In this document: positions 9,806 to 17,676 of the stretch, one piece after another
Layout: each line of letters starts with the position of its first letter
Position numbering within the stretch: the stretch's first letter is position 1
Assembly (NCBI GenBank): GCA_038206135.1
Contig: JBBRBD010000005.1
Span: forward strand, 467-64,466
Length of the DNA: 64,000 nt
Direction: 5' to 3'
DNA from: Patescibacteria group bacterium
GTDB lineage: Bacteria; Patescibacteriota; Microgenomatia; UBA8517
The notes under the pieces: model-generated
Seen by the model: only the letters and a program-made list of their open reading frames with translations
Told to the model about the DNA's origin: nothing
Databases searched by the model: none
Program-made: the position numbers and the translations under genes

Positions 9806-10210
9806 CTAACTGATTAGTTTTTTTAGTAAAACTTCAACTGAGTTTATAGAGTGTCGTGATTCTTTGTATATTGTTGTACCCGACTGTCTATCTGGTTTCA
9901 CGAACAGGCAGTCTCTTATGGTCCACTCTTTGTTTACCTCCATATCGATCGCGTACAGCGAAATGAGCGTATCATCACTCGTATAATAGATTGACAGCGT
10001 TACTTGTCGCTTTCCCGTGTACTCCCAAGCGCTCAAACAATATCGATATATGCTTTCTGATTTGGTCCATATACCGGCTGCTGTTATCTGCCAATTATCA
10101 GGCAACTGTTTTTTCAAAACTAGATCTAACACTTGTTTAATTACTTCAGTAATCTCGGATCCAAATTCATAATTAATTCTCGTTTGCAATTCTCCTTGAA
10201 TTAAAATCAT
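9806..10210 (-). CDS. Orphan protein, tandem paralog 2 (cassette type)
   Basis: 134 aa; AAAAGGAG SD; N-terminus TRINYEFGSEI resembles its neighbour. Confidence 0.75.
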   Translation of the reverse strand: MILIQGELQTRINYEFGSEITEVIKQVLDLVLKKQLPDNWQITAAGIWTKSESIYRYCLSAWEYTGKRQVTLSIYYTSDDTLISLYAIDMEVNKEWTIRDCLFVKPDRQSGTTIYKESRHSINSVEVLLKKLIS

Positions 10211-10256
10211 GAGAATCTCCTTTTAATACGTACGGATAGGTATGTTACCATAAAGT

Positions 10257-11171
10257 ATGGTTAAACACGCACAAACGAAGGAGAGGCGAAAGGAAATTAC
10301 AACTCCGACGCTTCCGATTACTGAGGCTACTATTTTTGATGGAAAAAGTTTTGCCTTTGAAAAAGAACGTCTTTTGAAAGCTAAGGTAAATGAACTAAAG
10401 TCGCTTGGAATACAACCTAAGCTTGTGGCCATAATTACTCAGCGGCATCCAGCGAGTGAACTGTACATACGTCTCAAGAAAAAAGCAGCAGAGCGAGTAG
10501 GTATTGAAATGGAAGTGTTTGAAGTTTTTTCAAGTAGTCGCGACTACCAATATCTTTTGAATCTTATTGGTTCATTTAACAGAGATACAAGCGTGCACGG
10601 CATAATGATTCAATTGCCTCTGGCAAAACGGTATCTACCATATCAAAAGAAAATTATGCGAGTAATTGCTCCTCAAAAAGATGTTGACGGGCTTAAAGTA
10701 GACACGACATTTGTCCCGGCTACAGTTCGAGCCATTATTTCAATAATAGAGGAAGCCTCTCTTAAGGTTCTTTTAAGAAAGCCTCCTCCTGTTTTTGTAG
10801 TTGGATCAAAAGGTGCAGTAGGTAGTGCACTTCTCATAGAATTGAATAAAAGGAATTATGTCGCAGAAGGCTTTGACAAACGACCGAGGGCTGACTGGCG
10901 TGACTTGTGGGGAGTGCCTTCTTTTATGAGTTTAAGAGCTGATGTTGTCGTTAGTGCCACAGGCACTCCGGGAATTATTGAGTCTCGACACATTGCAAAG
11001 GGTGCAGCTGTAATTGACGTAGGGTCTCCTGAAGGAGACGTGAGATTTAAAGAAGTTAAGCAAAAAGCATCTTTTATTACACCGGTTCCAGGTGGTGTTG
11101 GACCCGTGACAATTGTGTCGCTACTTGAAAATTTGATTGAGGCCGCTTATAATACTTTGTCTGACGTTTGA
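10257..11171 (+). CDS. folD: Bifunctional methylene-THF dehydrogenase/cyclohydrolase (divergent)
   Basis: SELYIRLKKK, VHGIMIQLPL, KDVDG, ADVVVSATG, VIDVG, ITPVPGGVGPVT. Confidence 0.92.
   Translation: MVKHAQTKERRKEITTPTLPITEATIFDGKSFAFEKERLLKAKVNELKSLGIQPKLVAIITQRHPASELYIRLKKKAAERVGIEMEVFEVFSSSRDYQYLLNLIGSFNRDTSVHGIMIQLPLAKRYLPYQKKIMRVIAPQKDVDGLKVDTTFVPATVRAIISIIEEASLKVLLRKPPPVFVVGSKGAVGSALLIELNKRNYVAEGFDKRPRADWRDLWGVPSFMSLRADVVVSATGTPGIIESRHIAKGAAVIDVGSPEGDVRFKEVKQKASFITPVPGGVGPVTIVSLLENLIEAAYNTLSDV
11125..11153 (+). promoter_or_regulatory. rpsB promoter inside the 3' end of folD
   Basis: TTGAAA-N17-TATAAT. Confidence 0.6.
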
Positions 11172-11262
11172 AATACACATTTAGTGGGTATGCATTCCCT
11201 GAGAACTTCAAAAGTCCTCTCACTCACTAAAGCGGAATTAAGGGAAAGCTAAAAAATATTAA
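11160..11262 (+). ncRNA. Candidate rpsB (S2) leader cis-regulatory RNA
   Basis: Structured 5' UTR: TTTAGTG...CACTAAA outer stem, TGAGA/TCTCA inner stem, TTCCCT/AGGGAA possible pseudoknot; position matches known rpsB leaders. Confidence 0.5.
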
Positions 11263-12030
11263 ATGGCAAAAGCAGAAGTATCAGCTCAAAAACTAGTCGA
11301 AACCGGCGCACATTTTGGTCACCAAATGCGAAGGTGGAATCCTCGTATGAAAGAATTTTTGTATAAAGTACAGGATAGTACTTTTATTTTTGATCTTATT
11401 AAAACCAAGGCACTTTTAGAAGAAGCCCTTACTTTCTTGGAAACCGAATCAAAAGCAGGCAAGAAAATTTTGTTCGTAGGTACAAAAAAGCAGCTTAAAG
11501 AAAAAATTATTGCTGTAGCAAAAGCTACAAATAACTATTACATTGCAGAGCGATGGCTTGGTGGAACTTTCACAAACTTTGAGCAGATTAAAAAGTCTCT
11601 CCACAAAATGGAAGACATGAAAAAGAAGCTTGCTGCGGGAGAATACGCAAGTTATACAAAAAAAGAGAGACTTCTTATTAGCCGCGATATTGAAAAATTA
11701 GAACGAATGATTGGTGGACTTGCTGGCATGGAGAAGCTTCCCGATGTCGTTTTTGTAGTTGATACTCACAAAGAAGAAACAGCAGTAAGTGAGTCAAGAC
11801 GTCTTAAGGTTCCAGTTGTTGGAATAGTCGACTCAAATGGTGACCCAGATGACGTAAATTATGCAATTCCAATGAACGATGATGCAACCCAAGCTGTTGA
11901 GTATGTCCTAGATTTGGTTCAAGAAACAATTTCTGAGAAAGTAGCAACTCCAAAGGCTAAAAAAACACAAAAGTCTGAAAAAGAAGAAAAAGCTCCAGAA
12001 AAAGTAGAAAAGAAAGCCAAAAAGGCTTAA
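11263..12030 (+). CDS. rpsB: 30S ribosomal protein S2
   Basis: GAHFGHQMRRWNPRM, ILFVGTKKQ, RWLGGTFTNF, IPMNDDA. Confidence 0.98.
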   Translation: MAKAEVSAQKLVETGAHFGHQMRRWNPRMKEFLYKVQDSTFIFDLIKTKALLEEALTFLETESKAGKKILFVGTKKQLKEKIIAVAKATNNYYIAERWLGGTFTNFEQIKKSLHKMEDMKKKLAAGEYASYTKKERLLISRDIEKLERMIGGLAGMEKLPDVVFVVDTHKEETAVSESRRLKVPVVGIVDSNGDPDDVNYAIPMNDDATQAVEYVLDLVQETISEKVATPKAKKTQKSEKEEKAPEKVEKKAKKA

Positions 12031-12042
12031 TATAATTTTTGT

Positions 12043-12501
12043 ATGGCAATCGACGCAAAACTAATTTCAAAACTTCGAGAAGAAACAGGCGCTCCTGTTA
12101 TCCGTGTCAAAAAACTTCTTGATGAGCTTAAAGGCGACGACAAAAAAGCACGTGAGATTTTAATGAAAGAAGGCTTTGAAAAAACAGAAAAAAGAGCAGG
12201 ACGTGAAACAGGGCAGGGAAGAATCGTCTCTTACACTCATCACACTGGTAAAGTTGCCTGTTTGATTGAGCTTTTATGCGAAACTGACTTTGTAGCAAAA
12301 AATGATCTTTTTACAGACCTCGCAAAAAATATTGCACTTCAAGTAGTTTCAATGAATCCGAAAGACAATGAAGAACTTTTGAAGCAGGAATTTATCAAAG
12401 AGCCAAGTAAAACTATGCAGGATTTAGTCAAAGAAGTTATCGCAAAAACTGGAGAAAATGTGCAACTTGGTCGCTTCGTTCGCCTTGAAATTGGCAAATA
12501 A
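12043..12501 (+). CDS. tsf: Elongation factor Ts (short, 152 aa)
   Basis: KLREETGA, GRETGQG, ELLCETDFVAKN, KTGENVQLGRFVR; follows rpsB. Confidence 0.95.
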   Translation: MAIDAKLISKLREETGAPVIRVKKLLDELKGDDKKAREILMKEGFEKTEKRAGRETGQGRIVSYTHHTGKVACLIELLCETDFVAKNDLFTDLAKNIALQVVSMNPKDNEELLKQEFIKEPSKTMQDLVKEVIAKTGENVQLGRFVRLEIGK

Positions 12502-12520
12502 CACCTCATTCCGATATAAT
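12484..12520 (+). repeat. Array border/promoter repeat, copy 1 (overlaps tsf 3' end)
   Basis: CTTGAAATTGGCAAATA...TATAAT; related copies at 13254 and 14027. Confidence 0.7.
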
Positions 12521-12553
12521 CCCCATAGTGTTTTTAATTAAGGAGAATTTGCT

Positions 12554-13216
12554 TTGCAAAATGTAGCAGATGAACTTTTAAGATTTGAGCGTTTGTATAC
12601 TCAGGTGCTTACTGCACGTGCAGGTTCAAGAGGAAAGGGTGAATTTATGAAAGCTCGGAGCAAAGACAAATTGCTGTCAATTGAGCTTATGCATTCGACG
12701 AGCCTCTTGTTTAATCTATTAATAGGGTGCACTCAGTTTTTTCTCTTTCCCGTTGAATTTTACGATGAAGTATTGGCAGCCACTGACTCGCTGTATCGAT
12801 ATCTTCAATATGGTGACCCTGCTGAAATGTTAAGCGTCTCAAAAACATTGAATGAGATTATACCTGGATGTGACCCGATAGATAAAACTCGGATTCGTCT
12901 GTGGTTCTCAACTGCGGATATTCCGCTACAGCGTACATCAAGCGAAGAAAGAGAGTATGTCATAAAGCGAAACGATGTTTACCTGTCCAGTCTATTTGAA
13001 GAGGCTGTGAGAAGCAGTAGTTTTCCTGCGGTGTGGATTGGGTCAGTAGTTGTAAATCCGCTTCCTATGTTAGCGGCAAGCTTTAATCTTCCAGTTTCAA
13101 TGAAAACAATAGAGCCTGTTGTCCTTCGACGGACAAAGTACTATCTGGAGGTTACAGGCCGTGTTGCCGAAAAAACTTTCCTTGGCAGACTTGAGATTCT
13201 CTCGGTGAATGGGTAG
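12554..13216 (+). CDS. Orphan protein, array unit 1
   Basis: 220 aa; TTG start after AAGGAG SD; patches of similarity to units 2 and 3. Confidence 0.75.
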   Translation: MQNVADELLRFERLYTQVLTARAGSRGKGEFMKARSKDKLLSIELMHSTSLLFNLLIGCTQFFLFPVEFYDEVLAATDSLYRYLQYGDPAEMLSVSKTLNEIIPGCDPIDKTRIRLWFSTADIPLQRTSSEEREYVIKRNDVYLSSLFEEAVRSSSFPAVWIGSVVVNPLPMLAASFNLPVSMKTIEPVVLRRTKYYLEVTGRVAEKTFLGRLEILSVNG

Positions 13217-13224
13217 TACGATTC

Positions 13225-13253
13225 GGGGAGCGCTAATTCGCTCCCCCTTTCTT
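13225..13253 (+). terminator. Intrinsic terminator, array copy 1
   Basis: GGGGAGCG-ctaatt-CGCTCCCC then CTTTCTT. Confidence 0.75.
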
Positions 13254-13290
13254 CTTGAAATTGGCTAATAGACAGCTATCTCGCTATAAT
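13254..13290 (+). repeat. Array border/promoter repeat, copy 2
   Basis: CTTGAAATTGGCTAATA...TATAAT; 16 of the first 17 nt match the tsf-end copy. Confidence 0.7.
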
Positions 13291-13317
13291 AGGCAACGTT
13301 TTATTTTTTTGTGAGGA

Positions 13318-13980
13318 GTGTATGTAATGTCTCAGCAATTTGTTTTCGAAGGTGAAGAGGCTACTCTTGTCTTTCCGTCTTTGATAAATCAACAAAGTAC
13401 ATCAACGACACCGGGAGTAGATCCCTATTTGAAAGTAGAAACTATCACACAAAATTGTGTATTAGCAGTATTAAGAGGGGATCTTCGTGCCGATGTCTCT
13501 GTTCGAGAAATGCAATTAATTTCAATTTCAGATCAATATATCCGTCGGGAATACCTATTTGCCCGGCATGCCGTAAGTGATTATTACAAACTGCTAACGT
13601 TTGATCATGAAGGCTTAGTTCGATGGATTGATGACATCGTGGGTCACATTGGAACATCATCTGAAGTTACCGAAAGTATGTATTTTTGGTTTGCGACATT
13701 GGGTCTACCAATTGCTACGACTTGGAAGCATTACGAAGGCTTAATAATCAAGCAACAGAACAAGTTGCGGAATCTGTTATGGAAGAAAGCACCAGTTGAA
13801 ATTCCAAAACCGCTTTCAATGCGTTCGATTCCCATCGAATTACAAAAGATTGCAGATGAAGGAAATTCCATGTTTCACAGGAATACTGATGTGCGCATTC
13901 ATGCAGACATTCTTTTGGGTCAGTTAACAATATATTGGATGTCAAAAGGTATCTATCGTGAGTATCGCGTTCACACCTAA
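13318..13980 (+). CDS. Orphan protein, array unit 2 (ATG 13327 is the more likely start)
   Basis: About 220 aa; GAGGAG SD; WFATLGLP aligns with WFSTADIP of unit 1. Confidence 0.75.
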   Translation: MYVMSQQFVFEGEEATLVFPSLINQQSTSTTPGVDPYLKVETITQNCVLAVLRGDLRADVSVREMQLISISDQYIRREYLFARHAVSDYYKLLTFDHEGLVRWIDDIVGHIGTSSEVTESMYFWFATLGLPIATTWKHYEGLIIKQQNKLRNLLWKKAPVEIPKPLSMRSIPIELQKIADEGNSMFHRNTDVRIHADILLGQLTIYWMSKGIYREYRVHT

Positions 13981-13995
13981 TAATATCTGTTAGTT

Positions 13996-14023
13996 AAGGG
14001 GAGCAACACGCTCCCTTTGTTTG
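13996..14023 (+). terminator. Intrinsic terminator, array copy 2
   Basis: GGGAGC-aacac-GCTCCC then TTTGTTT. Confidence 0.7.
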
Positions 14024-14026
14024 TGC

Positions 14027-14062
14027 CATAAAATTGGCAAAAACGCTATGAACAGCTATAAT
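14027..14062 (+). repeat. Array border/promoter repeat, copy 3
   Basis: CATAAAATTGGCAAAA...TATAAT (TTGGCA-17-TATAAT). Confidence 0.65.
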
Positions 14063-14096
14063 TCGTCATTCGTTTAAGCTGTAAGGAGCACATTAA

Positions 14097-14798
14097 ATGA
14101 TCAATCGAGAAGCAGAGACAATGGTTGAACTTGCATATTTAATGGGTTTGATAAGGGCGACTAGAAACATTTATCAATCTGGTCATTATTCCTCGAGCCA
14201 ATTGTTGGCTAAAGAAAATGATGGGGAGCTTGAGATTTCGATCACGCTTGGGCGTTTCGAATACAAGTATTACCTTTTATTTGATATGGGTATGCAGTTT
14301 CTATTTCCTGCCAAATATAAGGAGCTTGTATCAACCTCAGCATTAGTGACCCTAATGCCTCAGATATTGTCCGGTACGGTTGTTGAGATTCCGTTGACAC
14401 TACTTGATTCAGTCAAAGTCGAGTTATGTGGTTCTTTTGAGCAATTCATTTTTTTTATTAGTTTTGGGCAGATGCGTCCTTCTCTCGATAAGCATTTGTA
14501 TACCTTAACTATTGAACGGGACTGGCCGAATACGGCAGCGGCACGCGAATTAGGCACTATTTTATTGCCAAGACTTACGTCTGTTATGAAAGACGTCTTT
14601 TTGGACTCACACACTCTAGTTAAACAGCTTGTTTCTGAGCTTAATGAACTGCAGAAGATGAGAGATGATCAAGTGTTGATACAAGTAGGTCCATCCGTAT
14701 CGAACGGCTGTTTCATAGTTCATGTGTCCCAGACTGAATTCCAAACGGTATATCAGTGTTTGGTGAGTAGAGCGACGGTTGAGGACATATCTAACTGA
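14097..14798 (+). CDS. Orphan protein, array unit 3
   Basis: 233 aa; TAAGGAG SD; QFLFP patch aligns with QFFLFP of unit 1. Confidence 0.75.
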   Translation: MINREAETMVELAYLMGLIRATRNIYQSGHYSSSQLLAKENDGELEISITLGRFEYKYYLLFDMGMQFLFPAKYKELVSTSALVTLMPQILSGTVVEIPLTLLDSVKVELCGSFEQFIFFISFGQMRPSLDKHLYTLTIERDWPNTAAARELGTILLPRLTSVMKDVFLDSHTLVKQLVSELNELQKMRDDQVLIQVGPSVSNGCFIVHVSQTEFQTVYQCLVSRATVEDISN

Positions 14799-15783
14799 TG
14801 TCTTTTTTCGGGAGCGTGTAATACGCTCCCTTTGTTGTGCCTAGTTTTTGTAAGAAACCTCCATCCGTTAGTCGTTTGATGTCGTTTCTAATGGTGCGTT
14901 TGTTTATGCTTGGAAATCGTCGGGCAATCATATCCACACTTACCATAGTTTGGTCTTTTACAATTTTGACAATCTCAGATCTTCTGGGGAGAAGTGTGTC
15001 TTCTGGAGAAAAATGCTCAGCCTGATGTTGTATTAAACTGACAGCCTTTTGTGAAGCTGCTTTTAGTGCAGTGAGCATGAAGACTATATAATCAGTTACT
15101 TCTTTTTCTGGTTCATCGAGAGACGCATAATATTCGCTCCTATGATTATCTAAATATTCCTCAACAACTGCTAAGTTTTTCATAGCATATCCACCATGCA
15201 TCAACACTTTTTGAAACAACAATCTGCCCGTTCTTCCATTACCATCTAAAAATGGGTGAATTTTTTCGAAGGAATAATGAACAAGCGCTGCCCGAATAGG
15301 AACGAGAGATTCTTTGTCTGAATTTGCAAATTTTAGAAGCCGTATTAAATATTTTTCAGCTTGTTTGGGTGGAGGAGGCATATACACTGCGATTCCAGCC
15401 GAATTAAAAATAGCACTGACTTCGTGCCTTACATGACCTGCTTCTGGGCTTAAACCTTTCATGGTAATTTTATGTAAATTCAAAAGTTCCAAAAGAGTTA
15501 TGTCTTTTTTTTCTCGCTCCCGAAGCCACTCAAGCGCTCTCAATACATTAAACACTTCAGCTTTTTTTTGTGTTGATGAGCCTGGAGTCAATTCATCCAT
15601 CGTGAGTGTACTCCCTTCAATGCGAGCCGAAAAAAGTGAGCTTTGAAGCGTTGTCCTCCGTCTGATATTAGTTTCTATTTCTGGGGGAACAGAAAGAGCA
15701 TTCAGTACGGCTTTTGAGGCTTCAATATCATTTAACAGTTCTGTGATTTCTTTAGTGAGCGTATATTTCGCTGGAAGTAGCAT
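14791..15783 (-). CDS. Fic-family AMPylase with C-terminal DeoR-like winged HTH
   Basis: HPFLDGNGRTGR Fic motif, N-terminal SARIEG inhibitory-type motif, C-terminal TIRNDIKRL HTH. Confidence 0.92.
   Translation of the reverse strand: MLLPAKYTLTKEITELLNDIEASKAVLNALSVPPEIETNIRRRTTLQSSLFSARIEGSTLTMDELTPGSSTQKKAEVFNVLRALEWLREREKKDITLLELLNLHKITMKGLSPEAGHVRHEVSAIFNSAGIAVYMPPPPKQAEKYLIRLLKFANSDKESLVPIRAALVHYSFEKIHPFLDGNGRTGRLLFQKVLMHGGYAMKNLAVVEEYLDNHRSEYYASLDEPEKEVTDYIVFMLTALKAASQKAVSLIQHQAEHFSPEDTLLPRRSEIVKIVKDQTMVSVDMIARRFPSINKRTIRNDIKRLTDGGFLQKLGTTKGAYYTLPKKDIS
14810..14837 (+). terminator. Intrinsic terminator, array copy 3, inside the 3' end of the fic CDS on the opposite strand
   Basis: GGGAGCGT-gtaat-ACGCTCCC then TTTGTT. 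Confidence 0.65.
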
Positions 15784-15786
15784 ATG

Positions 15787-15836
15787 TTGCCAGATAATGT
15801 CAGATATAGGTAGATGTTGTCAAATATTTCCGAATA
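15787..15836. promoter_or_regulatory. Five in-register 10-bp imperfect direct repeats (candidate operator)
   Basis: TTGCCAGATA/ATGTCAGATA/TAGGTAGATG/TTGTCAAATA/TTTCCGAATA; covers a - strand TTGACA upstream of fic. Confidence 0.5.
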
Positions 15837-15855
15837 GATACTGTATACTTAAGTC

Positions 15856-16656
15856 ATGTACAAGCCAAAAAGCAGATTTAGTAAACATGTCCCCAAGAGA
15901 GCTGTTCCGATGCAGCCGAAGGGGTGGGAAGGAGAAGCAAAACAATACAATGATCTGGTAGGAGAGCGTGGTCACTATTACCATCAGCATGTTGTTATTC
16001 CTAAAAGTTTGGAACTTTTGAATCTTTCTACGGATAGTAGTGTACTCGATTTGGGATGTGGCCAAGGGGTCTTTTCGCGAGTTCTTCCAAAAACTGTTTC
16101 ATATGTCGGTGTAGACGCTTCAAAGTCGTTAATTGATTTTGCAAAAAAGTTTGATGAAAACCCACATCATCGATTTGAAGCTTTAAGCGCAACGCGTCCT
16201 CTAAAAGGTCTTCGTACTGATTTTTCACACGCGGTATGTATTTTGGCTCTTCAAAATATGGAGTATTTTGACACTGCTATAAAAAATGCTTCTGACCACT
16301 TACAAACTGGGGGTTCTTTCTTGATAGTACTCAATCACCCAATGTTTCGAATTCCGCGCCAAAGCGGTTGGGGAGAACCTATTCAGGGAATTCAAACACG
16401 CTGGATAAATAAATATATGAGCCACTTAAAAATTCCTATCAACATGCACCCGGGAATGAAAAAAGAAGCAGTAACCCTCAGTTATCACATGCCGCTACCT
16501 AGCTATGTTTCAAGCTTGCGAAAGCATGGCTTTGTAATTGCACAACTGGAGGAATGGAGTTCAAACAAAGAAAGCAAAGGTAAAAATGCAAAAGCCGAAA
16601 ACATCGCAAGAACAGAATTTCCATTATTTATGGCCATTTTAGCCAAAAAACAGTAA
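15856..16656 (+). CDS. Class I SAM-dependent methyltransferase
   Basis: VLDLGCGQG, GVDAS, LNHPMF. Confidence 0.9.
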   Translation: MYKPKSRFSKHVPKRAVPMQPKGWEGEAKQYNDLVGERGHYYHQHVVIPKSLELLNLSTDSSVLDLGCGQGVFSRVLPKTVSYVGVDASKSLIDFAKKFDENPHHRFEALSATRPLKGLRTDFSHAVCILALQNMEYFDTAIKNASDHLQTGGSFLIVLNHPMFRIPRQSGWGEPIQGIQTRWINKYMSHLKIPINMHPGMKKEAVTLSYHMPLPSYVSSLRKHGFVIAQLEEWSSNKESKGKNAKAENIARTEFPLFMAILAKKQ

Positions 16657-16710
16657 TTTTAGTTCTGTTGCTTGAATTGAATTCAAGATTTTTAGTGGAG
16701 GAGGGAAATA

Positions 16711-17031
16711 ATGAGCAGAGATATAGTCTTTTTGTTAATGGTTCTTGGCTTTCTTTCAACCATCATGCTTTTTTTTAGATTGATGGGAGTACCACGCAAT
16801 AAGTGGTCCTTTGTGGATATTTTGAGCAATAAAACGCCATTGTTAGTTTTAGGACTCGGTTCAACATCTTGTATTATTGTGGGTATCTATTTAGCAAAGA
16901 AGCCGACAGGTATTTCAATTCCAGAAGATGCTATTCGGATATTGGGGATTATTATCTTTTTTGTTTTGTTACCATTTCTATCAAGTGTCTTCTTTGTGAT
17001 GAATCTTCGATGTTCTCCGAAAAGAGAGTAG
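16711..17031 (+). CDS. Orphan 3-TM membrane protein (cassette type)
   Basis: 106 aa, hydrophobic; GGAGG SD; own terminator. Confidence 0.7.
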   Translation: MSRDIVFLLMVLGFLSTIMLFFRLMGVPRNKWSFVDILSNKTPLLVLGLGSTSCIIVGIYLAKKPTGISIPEDAIRILGIIIFFVLLPFLSSVFFVMNLRCSPKRE

Positions 17032-17044
17032 TGCTCAAGAATAT

Positions 17045-17068
17045 GGGCGGTGTAGTGCCGCCCTTTTT
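17045..17068 (+). terminator. Intrinsic terminator
   Basis: GGGCGGT-gtagt-GCCGCCC then TTTTT. Confidence 0.7.
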
Positions 17069-17090
17069 ATATGCTATACTTGAGAAACAA

Positions 17091-17645
17091 ATGGATGAGC
17101 CGCAACTTCGCACTTCAATGCAAAAAGTTCTTGAGAATTTAACTCGTGAACTATCTGGTATACGTACAGGCCGTGCTTCTGCCTCTCTCGTATCTGATGT
17201 TATGGTAACGGTGTATGGAGGGACTCAGCATTTGCGAGTTATGGAAACTGCCTCAATTACAGTTCCTGAACCAACTCAAATTCTTATCGAACCCTGGGAC
17301 AAATCAATTATTGGCGAAATCCGACAAGGGATACTTGCCGCGAACATTGGTTTAAATCCGACCATCGATACTGATAAATTACGAATTTCTTTGCCTCCGC
17401 TTACGACTGAAGACCGAGAGAAGTATGTGAAACTTTTACATGTGAAGCTTGAAGAGTCTCGAGTTTCTATGCGTCAATCAAGAGGTGACACCATGCAGAA
17501 AATAAAAAAAGCATTTGAAGCGAAAGAGATTACTGAAGACGACAAATTTGCAGATGAGAAAAAGACGCAAGAAATCACAGATGAGTTTATTAAAAAGATT
17601 GAAGAAATGGGTGACAAAAAGACAGAAGAACTTCGCACTGTTTAA
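17091..17645 (+). CDS. frr: Ribosome recycling factor
   Basis: IRTGRAS, IEPWDK, IGLNP, LPPLTTEDR, ITEDD; start set at the ATG after TGCTATACT. Confidence 0.95.
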   Translation: MDEPQLRTSMQKVLENLTRELSGIRTGRASASLVSDVMVTVYGGTQHLRVMETASITVPEPTQILIEPWDKSIIGEIRQGILAANIGLNPTIDTDKLRISLPPLTTEDREKYVKLLHVKLEESRVSMRQSRGDTMQKIKKAFEAKEITEDDKFADEKKTQEITDEFIKKIEEMGDKKTEELRTV

Positions 17646-17676
17646 CACTACACATCGTCTGATACAATAAATTTCA

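Noticed and set aside
10247-10261. Inverted repeat ACCATA-aag-TATGGT over the folD start
   Set aside because: Short, and explainable by back-to-back promoter elements of divergent genes.
12484-14841. Classical integron or CRISPR array
   Set aside because: No integrase or cas genes, no attC core sites, and the units are about 770 bp with degenerate repeats rather than short identical repeats with spacers.
16869-17090. Long N-terminal extension of RRF in the ORF track
   Set aside because: It overlaps the orphan gene and its terminator; RRF homology and the -10 box place the start at 17091.
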